DNA from: Christensenellaceae bacterium
GTDB taxonomy: Bacteria; Bacillota; Clostridia; Christensenellales; CALMFG01
Assembly (NCBI GenBank): GCA_963674805.2
Contig: CAXXNY010000016.1
Span: 183,990 to 247,989 of the forward strand
Length of the DNA stretch: 64,000 nucleotides
Reading direction: 5' to 3'
How positions within the stretch are numbered: the stretch's first letter is position 1; every line of letters starts with the position of its first letter. The notes below the pieces were generated by a model, which saw nothing but the letters and a program-made list of their open reading frames with translations, did not search any database and was not told the DNA's origin. A program made the translations under genes and the position numbers. Shown here piece by piece: positions 47,379-57,466 of the stretch.

Positions 47379-48359
47379 TTATCTGTTCCGCTTCTTCGAC
47401 TTTAGGCTGTCCATTGATACGGCTAAAATTATAACCACACCCACGGATAATACCTGCCAATAGCTGGAAAGGTGTAGCAACACAAAGCTGTTGCGTAGCA
47501 CGCCCATCAGCGCCGCGCCGATAACAACCCCGAGGATTGAGCCTTCGCCGCCTGAAAGTGAGGTTCCGCCGATAATAACTGCGGCGATGGCCTGCATTTC
47601 ATACCCAAGCCCTGCTGTCGGTTCAGCAGTCTTCAATGTCCCGGTTAAAATAATACCTGACAATCCGGCAAGTATACCCATAATCATATAAGCCATGATC
47701 TTGACACGATCAGTCCGTATTCCGGATAAGTTTGCCGCTTGGGCATTGCTCCCGACCGCATAAAGGTTCCGTCCGGCAACGGTTTTTGTCGTAAAGACAA
47801 TACCGATGAGTGCGATTCCTGCCATAATCAAAACAGGGATTGGGATGGGGCCCAAATATCCGCCGCCAATATCCGCTAAGCCTGTTTCCAGCCATATCGG
47901 AATTCCTCCGGTAATCAGCAAAGATATCGCACGGGCAATATACTGCATCCCAAGTGTTGTAATAAAGGGATTAACCCCGATTTTTGTAATCAATAATCCA
48001 TTAACAGCACCAAAAACGCTTCCGCAGATCATGATCATAAAAAACACAAGAAATGGAGACAATCCGAGCGTAGTTGAAAACAGCGCACATAAGACTCCCA
48101 TTAAGCCCATCACTGTCCCCACCGATAAGTCAAGACCTCCGATAATGATAATCATCGCCTGGCCCACTGCCAGAATGGCATAGATTGAAAATTGTCTCAG
48201 CACGTTAAAAATATTCCCCGTTGTTAAAAAATACGGGCTGGCAATCATCATAGCGATGCAAAGCACCACCAACGCCATTAAAATCCCAAACTCTTTAAAC
48301 TTAAACAAGCGTCTGATGTTCAGTACCCTTGCTTTTGCATTCTCACCGATTGTATCCAT
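47379..48359 (-). CDS. CUT2 sugar ABC transporter permease
   Basis: Start at MDTIGENAK after GGAGGGG. It is polytopic and RbsC-like. Confidence 0.9.
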   Translation of the reverse strand: MDTIGENAKARVLNIRRLFKFKEFGILMALVVLCIAMMIASPYFLTTGNIFNVLRQFSIYAILAVGQAMIIIIGGLDLSVGTVMGLMGVLCALFSTTLGLSPFLVFFMIMICGSVFGAVNGLLITKIGVNPFITTLGMQYIARAISLLITGGIPIWLETGLADIGGGYLGPIPIPVLIMAGIALIGIVFTTKTVAGRNLYAVGSNAQAANLSGIRTDRVKIMAYMIMGILAGLSGIILTGTLKTAEPTAGLGYEMQAIAAVIIGGTSLSGGEGSILGVVIGAALMGVLRNSFVLLHLSSYWQVLSVGVVIILAVSMDSLKSKKRNR

Positions 48360-48396
48360 TTTCCCCTCCGATTTCACTGCTTATTTAAAATTGGCA

Positions 48397-48414
48397 GGCG
48401 GGAATAATCCCGCC
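48397..48414 (-). other. Intercistronic hairpin after the SBP gene
   Basis: GGCGGGA-ataa-TCCCGCC, a perfect 7-bp stem. Confidence 0.5.
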
Positions 48415-48420
48415 ATGCCG

Positions 48421-49449
48421 TTATTCTGATTTATAATCAGGTACAAGTTCCATTAAGGTGTCCGGTGTAACGACCAACGGTTCAACATCAACAATTTCGT
48501 CCGTCGGTTTTTCACCAGTCGTCAGATATTCATACATCATCGTACAGGTATCATAGCTTTGGCCGAATGGATCTTGGCTAATCAATGCGACGATTTCGCC
48601 GGTTTCCACATACTTCAATGAATCTGGAAGCCAGTCAAATCCGATAACCGCAACCTGTCCGGTCAGGCCCAGATCCTGGATGGCTTTTGCCGCGCCAAAA
48701 GGTCCGCCTGCTGTGACATAAACGCACTTGAGATCCGGATCTGCTGTTAACATGTCTTTTGTTAAGGTATAAGCGATTTCAGCTTTGTCATTGTTTTCAA
48801 ATACGCCGACAATGTCAACGCCCGGAACATTTGCTTCCAGATAGTCAATGGCTCCGTTCTTTCTCAATTCGTGCTGAGTGGCACCCAAAATACCGGTTAT
48901 CACACCCACTTTGCCTTCTCCGCCGGTATATTCTTCAATCAGCTGTCCGGCAAGCTCTCCGGCCTGCTGCGCATTTTGACCATAGAAGAACAATCTTTCG
49001 CTTGGTTTGGAACCTTCGGCAACGCATGTAATCACAGGAATGCCAGCATCTACAGCCTTATTGATATATACTTCTGTTCCATCAAATGCAGGAATACAGA
49101 TAATACCATCATATTCCTGAACGATAGCATCTTCAAGAGACGATACCACACGATCTAATGTAATATCTTCGCCCATAACAATGTAGTCTACAGTGGCATT
49201 ATATTGAGCAAGATCTTCCCCCGCAGCAACTGCCCCTTTTTTAATCTCGTCATGGAACGGATTGTTTGCCCAACCAAGGAATGCAATTCTGATGGGTTCT
49301 TCCGCTGCAGCCTCCGTCGCTTCAGCTGTCTCTTCCTGTGTTTCCTGCTTCTCAACTGTTGCGTCACTGGCCGGCGCTTGTGAGCATCCGGTGAGAACGA
49401 GTGCGCCAATCATTAAGAGACACAACATCGTTAATAAAGCTTTCTTCAT
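48421..49449 (-). CDS. Sugar ABC transporter substrate-binding lipoprotein
   Basis: 342 aa with lipobox LTGC and an acidic linker. Confidence 0.88.
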   Translation of the reverse strand: MKKALLTMLCLLMIGALVLTGCSQAPASDATVEKQETQEETAEATEAAAEEPIRIAFLGWANNPFHDEIKKGAVAAGEDLAQYNATVDYIVMGEDITLDRVVSSLEDAIVQEYDGIICIPAFDGTEVYINKAVDAGIPVITCVAEGSKPSERLFFYGQNAQQAGELAGQLIEEYTGGEGKVGVITGILGATQHELRKNGAIDYLEANVPGVDIVGVFENNDKAEIAYTLTKDMLTADPDLKCVYVTAGGPFGAAKAIQDLGLTGQVAVIGFDWLPDSLKYVETGEIVALISQDPFGQSYDTCTMMYEYLTTGEKPTDEIVDVEPLVVTPDTLMELVPDYKSE

Positions 49450-49550
49450 AACGCTTCCTCCTTAATTTTTACTAGAATGCCGATTTTGTCAACACCCTAT
49501 AGTCCCTCTGTTTCATTTTAATCCCTTTTAAAAACAGTCTTTATAGAAAA

Positions 49551-49564
49551 TGTTCACGTGCACA
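49551..49564. promoter_or_regulatory. LacI-type operator candidate TGTTCACGTGCACA
   Basis: A 14-bp palindrome with one mismatch, upstream of the SBP gene. The same 15-mer recurs at 50707-50721. Confidence 0.6.
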
Positions 49565-49579
49565 TTCAGGGCAAATTTT

Positions 49580-50620
49580 TTAGTCCATACAGTTCTCAAT
49601 CGTACGAATCTCTGTATGTATTTCCATCACTTTATTCGGTTGGCTAATTTGTTTTCCCATTAGAAGGTAACGGGCAATTGTCCTGATGGTTTTATATCCG
49701 ATATCCGCCGGATGCTGGGTAATGGTAAAATCAACAACACGCTTCTGCATCAGCTCCATCGTTTCTGGCGTCAAGTCAGAAGCAACCACTTTAATTCTGT
49801 TTTCTGGATCGATTTCCGCCAAGGCTTTACCAAGGCCAATGCTTCCCAACCCTGTTGCAGAATAAATTCCGTCAATCTGTTCATGCTCTTCAAACGCCTT
49901 TTTTAGGCATTTATAGGTCACATCATCTCGGTCATAGTTTTCATATATGCCAATAACCTTTCGGTTCATACTTGATTCTTCAATGGCGTCTATTGCGCCT
50001 TTTATCCTCAGTTTCTGTGCCAATACACCATGTGAGGTTGTGATAATAATGATGTTGGTGTCTTTTTCTAAAATCTTCGCCAATAAATCCCCGGACATTC
50101 TTCCGCTTTTTTCAGCGTTAATCCCAACAAAACAAAGCTTTTCAATAGATTCTATATCGGAAACATAGCTCACTGTGATAACAGACTCATGCAATGTATT
50201 TAATTTATCCTTGATTTTATCATCATTGATTGGGACAAGCGCTAATGCAGAAATATCCTGTTCAAGCAGTTTTTCAATTGATTTCAGCTGATCCTCTACG
50301 CTGTATTCATGGCTGTATTCGTAAATGACGCTGATTCCCATATCCTTGAATTCTTTTTGTGCCGTTTTCATTCCTTCATGGATGCGCTCGTAAAAACGAT
50401 CGTTTTCAACGATGGGTAAAATAACACCGATATTATACGGCTTGTTTTGTCTCACCAATGCCTTACCCGCAAGGTTTGGTTCGTAGCCGAGCATATCCGC
50501 AATTTCCATAATCCGTTTACGGACTTCCGGCTTCACATTTGGCCGGTTATTCAAAACGCGGTCAACTGTTGCCCTGGAAACGCCGGCAATTTCAGCAATT
50601 TTTTTCATTGTAACGCCCAC
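49580..50620 (-). CDS. LacI-family transcriptional regulator
   Basis: 346 aa with the HTH MKKIAEIAGVSRATVDRVLN. A GTG start lies 6 nt after GGAGG. Confidence 0.92.
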   Translation of the reverse strand: MGVTMKKIAEIAGVSRATVDRVLNNRPNVKPEVRKRIMEIADMLGYEPNLAGKALVRQNKPYNIGVILPIVENDRFYERIHEGMKTAQKEFKDMGISVIYEYSHEYSVEDQLKSIEKLLEQDISALALVPINDDKIKDKLNTLHESVITVSYVSDIESIEKLCFVGINAEKSGRMSGDLLAKILEKDTNIIIITTSHGVLAQKLRIKGAIDAIEESSMNRKVIGIYENYDRDDVTYKCLKKAFEEHEQIDGIYSATGLGSIGLGKALAEIDPENRIKVVASDLTPETMELMQKRVVDFTITQHPADIGYKTIRTIARYLLMGKQISQPNKVMEIHTEIRTIENCMD

Positions 50621-50706
50621 GTTTTTCCTCCAGTGTATGAAATAAATTCCAAATCTCTAAACTTTGTGTCTTATTAAGATAAAATGAGATAGTTTTGATT
50701 GATAAT

Positions 50707-50720
50707 TGTTCACGTGCACA
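50707..50720. promoter_or_regulatory. Second copy of operator candidate TGTTCACGTGCACA
   Basis: Identical to 49551-49564. It lies 87 nt upstream of the LacI start. Confidence 0.6.
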
Positions 50721-51148
50721 TATTAACATCAATTTTTTCTTTTGACAAGCTTTTTTATTATTTTTTTATAGGAAATTTGGCTTCCCGATTTTTGTCTGCT
50801 TTAACAAACGAGGAGTTTAAACAGTTTAGGGATTTGAATTTTTGTTAAATTGTTCACCATAAAAACGATTTCCAACTGAGCCACTTTCCGCACCTAAATA
50901 AGGTGTTATGCGTATCATCTCAAATCCTCTCGCCCATGTGTATGACTTACATCAACGACTTAACCATCGACGATACATTCATATTCGTATACATAATATA
51001 CGCCATTATCTCCCGTCACTTTGAGATATTGCACTGACGGGTTGACCCTTAACGCTGTTTGCTTTTTACTGTTTTAGGCGGCAAACAAATTGTGTGTCTC
51101 TACAACAAAACATTGTGATATTAACAATACTGCATTTTTTTAATTTCA

Positions 51149-52081
51149 TCAGACTTTATTATCTTTATTCGCTGAATACTTATCCCATACGATGATAATA
51201 AGCAAGATTGCACCTTTTACAAGTGTCTGAAAGTTAAGTTGTATCCCAAAGATACTCATAATATTTATTAGCAAACTCATAAATAAAATACCTTTAAGAG
51301 TTTTTAGTGCTCCACCTTTACCACCAGATAATGCAGTTCCCCCAACTATGGCCATTGGTATAATTGCAAGGGGTGCATCATCTCCAATAATCGGTGAACC
51401 CGCATTCATTCTTGTCATGAGAAAAAAACCACCAATTCCTGCTAATAAACCATATATTATAAATACAACAAATTTATAGTTTTTAACCTTTATCCCAATA
51501 CTCTTTGCTATATCAGCATTGCTCCCAACAGCATAAATATTTCTACCAAACACCGTAAATTTTAAAATAAACTCTAATATTAGTACAATGATAATAAAAA
51601 TAATTGAGATAACTGGAACCGGGCCTACCGTCATATCACTTAAAGCAAGAGTGGTTGCATCTGTTACGATAATTGGAGATGAATTACATATTGCAAGCGC
51701 AATACCCTTTATTAATATCATCATTGATAAAGAAGTGACAAATGAATCTATTTTTAAATACGCTACTACAATCCCTGTAATTGCTCCAAGGATTGAGCAG
51801 CAAAATAAAGTTATCAGCAACGCAGGAAGAAAGCCCATACTCTCGACAACAAGCGCAAACATAACTCCTGAAAATGCCATTGTTGATCCCATTGCGATAT
51901 TAAGTTCACCACTCAACAAACAAAAGGTCAACGCCAGCGCACCCATACCATATGCGGGAAGCTGAATAAGGAAGCCATAAATATTATTGCTTGAATAAAC
52001 ATTCTTATTTACCAGTGATGCTACGCAAAACATCGCAATAGTTATAATGACAACAATCTGATCTTTTATGAATTTTTTCAT
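51149..52081 (-). CDS. CUT2 sugar ABC transporter permease
   Basis: 310 aa and polytopic. Confidence 0.9.
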   Translation of the reverse strand: MKKFIKDQIVVIITIAMFCVASLVNKNVYSSNNIYGFLIQLPAYGMGALALTFCLLSGELNIAMGSTMAFSGVMFALVVESMGFLPALLITLFCCSILGAITGIVVAYLKIDSFVTSLSMMILIKGIALAICNSSPIIVTDATTLALSDMTVGPVPVISIIFIIIVLILEFILKFTVFGRNIYAVGSNADIAKSIGIKVKNYKFVVFIIYGLLAGIGGFFLMTRMNAGSPIIGDDAPLAIIPMAIVGGTALSGGKGGALKTLKGILFMSLLINIMSIFGIQLNFQTLVKGAILLIIIVWDKYSANKDNKV

Positions 52082-52091
52082 TTATGCTCCC

Positions 52092-53051
52092 TCACTTGCC
52101 TTTTATTCCGTCTAAAATAATAGCTAAAAGAAGAATAGTACCCTTCAAAATAATTTGTATAACGGGTGCTACTAATGCCAAATTTAAAATATTTGATATT
52201 AACCCGTAAATGAGTACCCCGATTAAAGTCTGTCCCATTCCTCCTTTACCGCCGCCCAAGACATTGCCGCCAATCAAAACGGCAATTACTGCATCAAAAT
52301 CATACCCATTCCCCATTGAGTATAATGCACTAGTTGTTCTAGAGGACATAACTATTCCCGCTAAAGCAGCACAAAATCCAGCTATTACAAATACACTAAT
52401 TTTTATTTTACTTGTGTTGATACCCGAAAGATAGGACGCAACTTTATTCCCGCCTGTTAAATATATCTGTCGGCCAAATTTTGTTTTCTTAAATACTATT
52501 TGAAGTATCAGCATGATTGTGACAACTAAAATTGCTGAGAATGGTATACCGTAAATAGTACCCTTTCCAAAAAAATCGTATGCTGAACCAATTTCAGTAA
52601 ATAAGGATTGTCCGTTTGTATATGTTAGGGCAATTCCTGTGCCAATAAGCGATGTTCCTAGTGTAATTAAAAAGGTCTCAGAAAGCTCCCCTCTTGTAAT
52701 TTTTATTAACAATCCATTTACCAAACCCATCAATATTCCAGCGCTTAATGCAATCATAATCGCAAGGCTCATCGGCAGGACTGTTTGTAATCCTACAGCA
52801 AGGCACCCCCCAAGCGCTAATGTTGCTCCAATTGAAAGGTCAAATCCACCAGCAAGAAATACTCCAGTAACTCCGGCCGCCATAATTCCGTTTATAGCTA
52901 TTTGGCGTAAAATATTCTGCCAGTTTTGAACAGTAAAAAACTTATCAGAAACACTTATGCCAATTATAATCATTGTAATTAATATTAAGAAGTTTATATT
53001 CTCCTTTATCAATTCAGTTGGTTTCCTCTGCAAATGACTTTTCATTTTCAT
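52092..53051 (-). CDS. CUT2 sugar ABC transporter permease (second permease of the same system)
   Basis: Start set at the ATG at 53051 (MKMKSHLQ), 7-8 nt after GAGGGGAG. The track start at 53057 is too close to the RBS. Confidence 0.88.
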   Translation of the reverse strand: MKMKSHLQRKPTELIKENINFLILITMIIIGISVSDKFFTVQNWQNILRQIAINGIMAAGVTGVFLAGGFDLSIGATLALGGCLAVGLQTVLPMSLAIMIALSAGILMGLVNGLLIKITRGELSETFLITLGTSLIGTGIALTYTNGQSLFTEIGSAYDFFGKGTIYGIPFSAILVVTIMLILQIVFKKTKFGRQIYLTGGNKVASYLSGINTSKIKISVFVIAGFCAALAGIVMSSRTTSALYSMGNGYDFDAVIAVLIGGNVLGGGKGGMGQTLIGVLIYGLISNILNLALVAPVIQIILKGTILLLAIILDGIKGK

Positions 53052-53065
53052 CCTCATACTCCCCT

Positions 53066-54550
53066 CTAAATGGCTAGTTTAATTACGCTCTCAACTGAAA
53101 TCTCATCGCCGGAAAGCTCTCCCGTAATCTGCCCATTATGCATTACAACTATTCGATTAGACAAAGCAAGCACCTCTGGTAACTCTGAAGAAATGAGAAC
53201 TACACTCTTCCCCCTTGAAATTAACTCATTTATTAACAGATATATTTCGTATTTAGCCCCAACATCTATACCGCGGGTAGGTTCATCAAATATAAATAGT
53301 TCAACATCGGTATTCATCCATTTTGAAACTACTATTTTTTGTTGGTTCCCCCCTGATAAATAGTTTACTTTTTGATTTCTTGATGGTGTCTTTATTTTTA
53401 ATTGTTTTATTTGATTATCAACAATTCTTTTTTCAAGCTTATGGTTTATTACTTTATGCAACATAATACTGCTTAAATTCACCATTGTGATATTCATAGC
53501 AACAGTAAAATTTAATATCAATCCTTGTGTTTTTCTATCCTCTGTCAGATATGCAATGCCTGATTTTATAGCATCAGAAGGAGAGTTGATTTGCACTTCT
53601 TTTCCCTTTATGTATGTTTTGCCTGAATCTTTGTAATCGGCACCAAAAATCATACGGCATAACTCAGTTCTTCCAGCACCCACCAGCCCTGCTATCCCCA
53701 AAACCTCGCCTCTTCTGACGGAAAAGCTTGCCTTTTCTACAACTCCTTTTCTACTGAAATTCTCAACTCTTAACAATTCTTCTGTCGGATTGTGCGCCAT
53801 TTTTGGGAAAGCTGTTGTGATTTCCCGTCCCACCATCATCTTAACAATATTGTCTCTGGTCAACTGTGCAATTGGTTGTGTGCCAATAATGCATCCATCT
53901 CTTATCACTGTGACCATATCACAAATTTCGAATATTTCTTCCATCCTATGTGAGATATAAATAATCGTTATTCCCTGCTGCTTTAATTGTTTTATGATGC
54001 TAAATAAAATATCTAATTCTCTTTGTGATAGGCTAGAAGATGGCTCGTCCATAAGCAGAACTTTCAAATCAAATGTAAGTGACTTGCAAATTTCGACCAT
54101 TTGTTTTTCCGCAACACTTAAATCACTTATAAGTTTTTTTGGATTAAGGTCCAATCCAACTTTTGATAAAGCTTTCTTAGCCTCAATATTCATTTTCTTC
54201 CAATTGATTTTTCGATTCTCTGTAAATAAATCCAGTCTTCCAAGAAAAATATTTTCCGCAATTGAAAGCGTTGGGATTAGATTGAGTTCTTGAAATATTA
54301 TAGATATACCATATTTCTGTGCATCAAGAGGTGATGTGATCTTAACTTCTTTCCCTTCAATAATTATTGCGCCAGAGTCGGCTTTAAAATTCCCATAGAG
54401 GATTTTCATTAAAGTCGATTTACCTGCTCCATTTTCGCCAACAAACGCGTGGACTTCGCCCTTATTAACATTAAATGAAACGCTATTTAGCGCTTTTACG
54501 CCAGGAAACGTTTTGGTTATATTTTTTATTTTTAGAACAGCATTATCCAA
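53066..54550 (-). CDS. Sugar ABC transporter ATP-binding protein (duplicated ABC domains)
   Basis: A TTG start at 54548-54550 lies 8 nt after GGAGG and gives (M)DNAVLKIKNITK. Motifs GENGAGKST and LSGGNQQK are present. The upstream part of the track ORF spans a hairpin and is not coding. Confidence 0.88.
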   Translation of the reverse strand: MDNAVLKIKNITKTFPGVKALNSVSFNVNKGEVHAFVGENGAGKSTLMKILYGNFKADSGAIIIEGKEVKITSPLDAQKYGISIIFQELNLIPTLSIAENIFLGRLDLFTENRKINWKKMNIEAKKALSKVGLDLNPKKLISDLSVAEKQMVEICKSLTFDLKVLLMDEPSSSLSQRELDILFSIIKQLKQQGITIIYISHRMEEIFEICDMVTVIRDGCIIGTQPIAQLTRDNIVKMMVGREITTAFPKMAHNPTEELLRVENFSRKGVVEKASFSVRRGEVLGIAGLVGAGRTELCRMIFGADYKDSGKTYIKGKEVQINSPSDAIKSGIAYLTEDRKTQGLILNFTVAMNITMVNLSSIMLHKVINHKLEKRIVDNQIKQLKIKTPSRNQKVNYLSGGNQQKIVVSKWMNTDVELFIFDEPTRGIDVGAKYEIYLLINELISRGKSVVLISSELPEVLALSNRIVVMHNGQITGELSGDEISVESVIKLAI

Positions 54551-54577
54551 TTGGACAACCTCCGATATTAGTACGAT

Positions 54578-54605
54578 GTATCCGGGTAAGGTTATACCCG
54601 GATAC
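54578..54605 (-). other. Intercistronic 11-bp perfect hairpin after the SBP gene
   Basis: gtatccgggta-aggtta-tacccggatac. Confidence 0.55.
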
Positions 54606-54639
54606 ATTCTCACAAATTCACTTCTTACATCAAGCCAGC

Positions 54640-55635
54640 TTATTTGTATTGCGAATAATTTTCCTGGTTAACGAGCTCAGGTGGATATTTTGTCATTTTC
54701 TCAACATCTTCGCCTGCCATCAGTCTCTTCACTACATCAACCGCAGTGGTAGCATACCAATCGCACCCTACTGTGCAGGTTGCAAAGAGTTCTCCCGCTT
54801 CAAGCATTTTCAATCCGTTTGCATCTCCACCAGTACCGCCAACAATAATCTGATCCAGTTTATTTGCTGCCTTAACTGCTTCAACAACACCTACGGCCAT
54901 GCCGTCATCAACTGCATAGATTCCAGCAATATCATCAAACGCAGTCATAATATCCTCAGCTGCTGTCTGAGCCTTCGCGCGATCCCAATTTGCATCTATC
55001 TCAGATACTACTTCTAGTTTGCCTTGAACTGCGTCTGTAAATCCTTGCTTTCTCTGATTGTTATTATCAGCACCGGCAGTGCCGCCAATCAAGCCCACTT
55101 TTGAGCCTTCCGGCAGTTTTTCTGCAAATGCTTCGCCAATAAGGTGGCCCGCTTCATACTGACCAAAGATTACAAAGTTTACATTATTATAGTCATTCAA
55201 GCCCAAAGAGGCATCCATCTCAAAATGATTTATAACAATGATCCCGGCATCTGCGGCCTTTTTAAGCGCAGGGGCAATCGCCGTGTTTTCTGCCGGTTGA
55301 ATTGCAATAGCTGCTACACCTGTAGAAATACATGTTTGCACATGATCAAGTTGCTTTTGCACATCCCCTTCGCAATTATAATCTACATAGTCAAACCCAT
55401 TTTCTTCACACGCTTCTTTTGCAGCCTCCTGATACTGAACTGTCCAGTCATTTGCGCCAAGCAAGAGCCATGCAAATACAGGCTTTTCATCTGCAGTCAT
55501 TTCTTCAGTTCCTGAGTCCGTATTCGATTCTGACGGGGCTTCTGCTGCAGCTTGCTCCTGTGCGGTATTCGCACACCCAGCAAACAGAGTAAAAGCAAAT
55601 ACTAATACAATTAATAATGTTAATACTTTCCTCAT
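54640..55635 (-). CDS. Sugar ABC transporter substrate-binding lipoprotein
   Basis: Start at MRKVLTLLIVLVFAFTLFAGC (lipobox) after AGGAGG. Confidence 0.88.
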   Translation of the reverse strand: MRKVLTLLIVLVFAFTLFAGCANTAQEQAAAEAPSESNTDSGTEEMTADEKPVFAWLLLGANDWTVQYQEAAKEACEENGFDYVDYNCEGDVQKQLDHVQTCISTGVAAIAIQPAENTAIAPALKKAADAGIIVINHFEMDASLGLNDYNNVNFVIFGQYEAGHLIGEAFAEKLPEGSKVGLIGGTAGADNNNQRKQGFTDAVQGKLEVVSEIDANWDRAKAQTAAEDIMTAFDDIAGIYAVDDGMAVGVVEAVKAANKLDQIIVGGTGGDANGLKMLEAGELFATCTVGCDWYATTAVDVVKRLMAGEDVEKMTKYPPELVNQENYSQYK

Positions 55636-55859
55636 AATTAATCCTCCTAATATTTTAAGTCTGCTTCTGTCATCCAATAGCGCATATTCCAAGCATCCCT
55701 CCTTAGGCTTATAAACTTATTACAAAGATTCTTCAATTTAAATAACGAATATGTTAAAATTAATTGTGCCATCCATAATCAATCTGCTGTTAATTACCAT
55801 TTTGCAGGTAATAATAGTATTGGGTGGCATATTCTTTGTAAAATAGCTTTAAGCATTTA

Positions 55860-56669
55860 TTAAACTTTTAGTATTCTTAAAGCATTGTTTCTGATAATGT
55901 TTTTCTTATCAATATCGCCAATATTGGAAAACAAAATGCACCCCAAACAATATGCTGGGTTATACCAAGGCAAGTCTGTTCCGAAAAGAATTTTTTCAGA
56001 TCCCGCATTATTAACCATTTTTTCTATCATTCCATTGAGCCTATAGGTATCAGTAAGTTCAAGGTACGCATTGGGGTACTCTTTTGCGATATCTATTGCT
56101 TCGTCGCATTGCCCTTGTATGGAATGTCCCATAATAAAATTAATATTCTTATAGTTTTTCAGTACATCCTTTATTGTCTCTACAGAACTATATGAATGCC
56201 CATCCATAGCTACTCCCCAGGTATGAGACAGAACGGTTAAGTGATTATCATCTGCATACTTTAGTACTAATTCATAGTTTTTACCATTAAGCGGATATCT
56301 GTGATAATCAGGCAGAAACTTAAATCCCCTATAGTTTGAATTTGCTTTAATAGCTTCATCAATAGCGATTATGTTATTTTTCAAATTCGGGTTAACAGCA
56401 TAATAACCATATATTTTTTCAGGATGCTCAGCCATTGCCTCTTGAATTTCTCTATTTCCTGCATCCGGATCAAACAACGCGCTATTGGGAACTGAAACAA
56501 TAAATTCAATATTCAATCTTTTCATCGTTGCCAACATGTTTTTCAGTTTAGAATTTGGCAAGCTCAAGCCATAAAATCCCCCCATATGTGTGTGCATATC
56601 AATAATCTTAATACTCTTTAAATTACCTATTTCCAAAAACTCTTCAGTAAGAATAGATAAATTTTTCAT
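55860..56669 (-). CDS. Amidohydrolase_2 (TIM-barrel metal-dependent hydrolase/lactonase-like)
   Basis: 269 aa with an N-terminal HxH motif (IDMHTHMG). Confidence 0.7.
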   Translation of the reverse strand: MKNLSILTEEFLEIGNLKSIKIIDMHTHMGGFYGLSLPNSKLKNMLATMKRLNIEFIVSVPNSALFDPDAGNREIQEAMAEHPEKIYGYYAVNPNLKNNIIAIDEAIKANSNYRGFKFLPDYHRYPLNGKNYELVLKYADDNHLTVLSHTWGVAMDGHSYSSVETIKDVLKNYKNINFIMGHSIQGQCDEAIDIAKEYPNAYLELTDTYRLNGMIEKMVNNAGSEKILFGTDLPWYNPAYCLGCILFSNIGDIDKKNIIRNNALRILKV

Positions 56670-57460
56670 AATATCACTTCCTCTAGAATGCGTTCAATGT
56701 TTCTATATGCAATGTTTTCCTTCTGATTTATATCCAATTGCGAGCTAATCAATACCCCCAGAGGTCCACCGAAAGAGTTTACCGGAAAATTACTACCGAA
56801 CAATATGCGTTCACTACCAAACTTGCCAACCATGCGTTCCAAACCCCCATCTGTTTGATAGTCACCAATCTCAAAGTGCACATTTCTATAATGCTTTAAT
56901 AGTGGAAAAAGGTACCGGTCAGGACTCCACGGTCCGTAATTATAAATAATAATATTTAGATCAGGGAAATCAGTGAGCACATCGTAAATATATTCATATC
57001 CATACATTGGCGACAAAAATAGAGGTATCTTTCTCTCACTAATCTCTTGAAGCAAATCACCCATAGTAATTCTATTCAAAAAGTATCTATTCACAGTCGG
57101 GAAAGCGCGCAACATTTTAATATTATGTCTCTTCATTGCGTCTAATGTGCCTTCAACTTGGAACGTATCATCAGTAAGTGATGGTAGTATTGTCCACGAA
57201 GGTATTAATCTATCCACATGCTGAGCAACTTCATTAACTAATTTTTTATTTCCATACAATGGATCAACGTCTATCATCGTCTGATGATAGACGACTGCCT
57301 TTTCAATCGAACAAAAATCCATAAATTCGATTAGTTCTTTTGCATCCTTAGCCTCTTTAACTTTTTCCGTTAATACAAAATTCTCATGATTGACAATTTG
57401 ATGATTAACAACACCGTATCCTATGCAGCAATTACAGTCGATAATTTTCATTTTCATCAT
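56666..57460 (-). CDS. Amidohydrolase_2-like TIM-barrel protein lacking the N-terminal HxH
   Basis: 264 aa. The N-terminus is IIDCNCCIG instead of HxH. It overlaps the downstream paralogue by 4 nt. Confidence 0.6.
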   Translation of the reverse strand: MMKMKIIDCNCCIGYGVVNHQIVNHENFVLTEKVKEAKDAKELIEFMDFCSIEKAVVYHQTMIDVDPLYGNKKLVNEVAQHVDRLIPSWTILPSLTDDTFQVEGTLDAMKRHNIKMLRAFPTVNRYFLNRITMGDLLQEISERKIPLFLSPMYGYEYIYDVLTDFPDLNIIIYNYGPWSPDRYLFPLLKHYRNVHFEIGDYQTDGGLERMVGKFGSERILFGSNFPVNSFGGPLGVLISSQLDINQKENIAYRNIERILEEVIL

Positions 57461-57466
57461 CTCCCT

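Noticed and set aside
50829-50921. 30-codon minus-strand ORF (MIRITPYLGAESGSVGNRFYGEQFNKNSNP) in the 528-nt gap
   Set aside because: It has only a weak SD-like sequence, no recognisable motif and nothing I can assess for conservation, so it is noted only as part of the gap finding.
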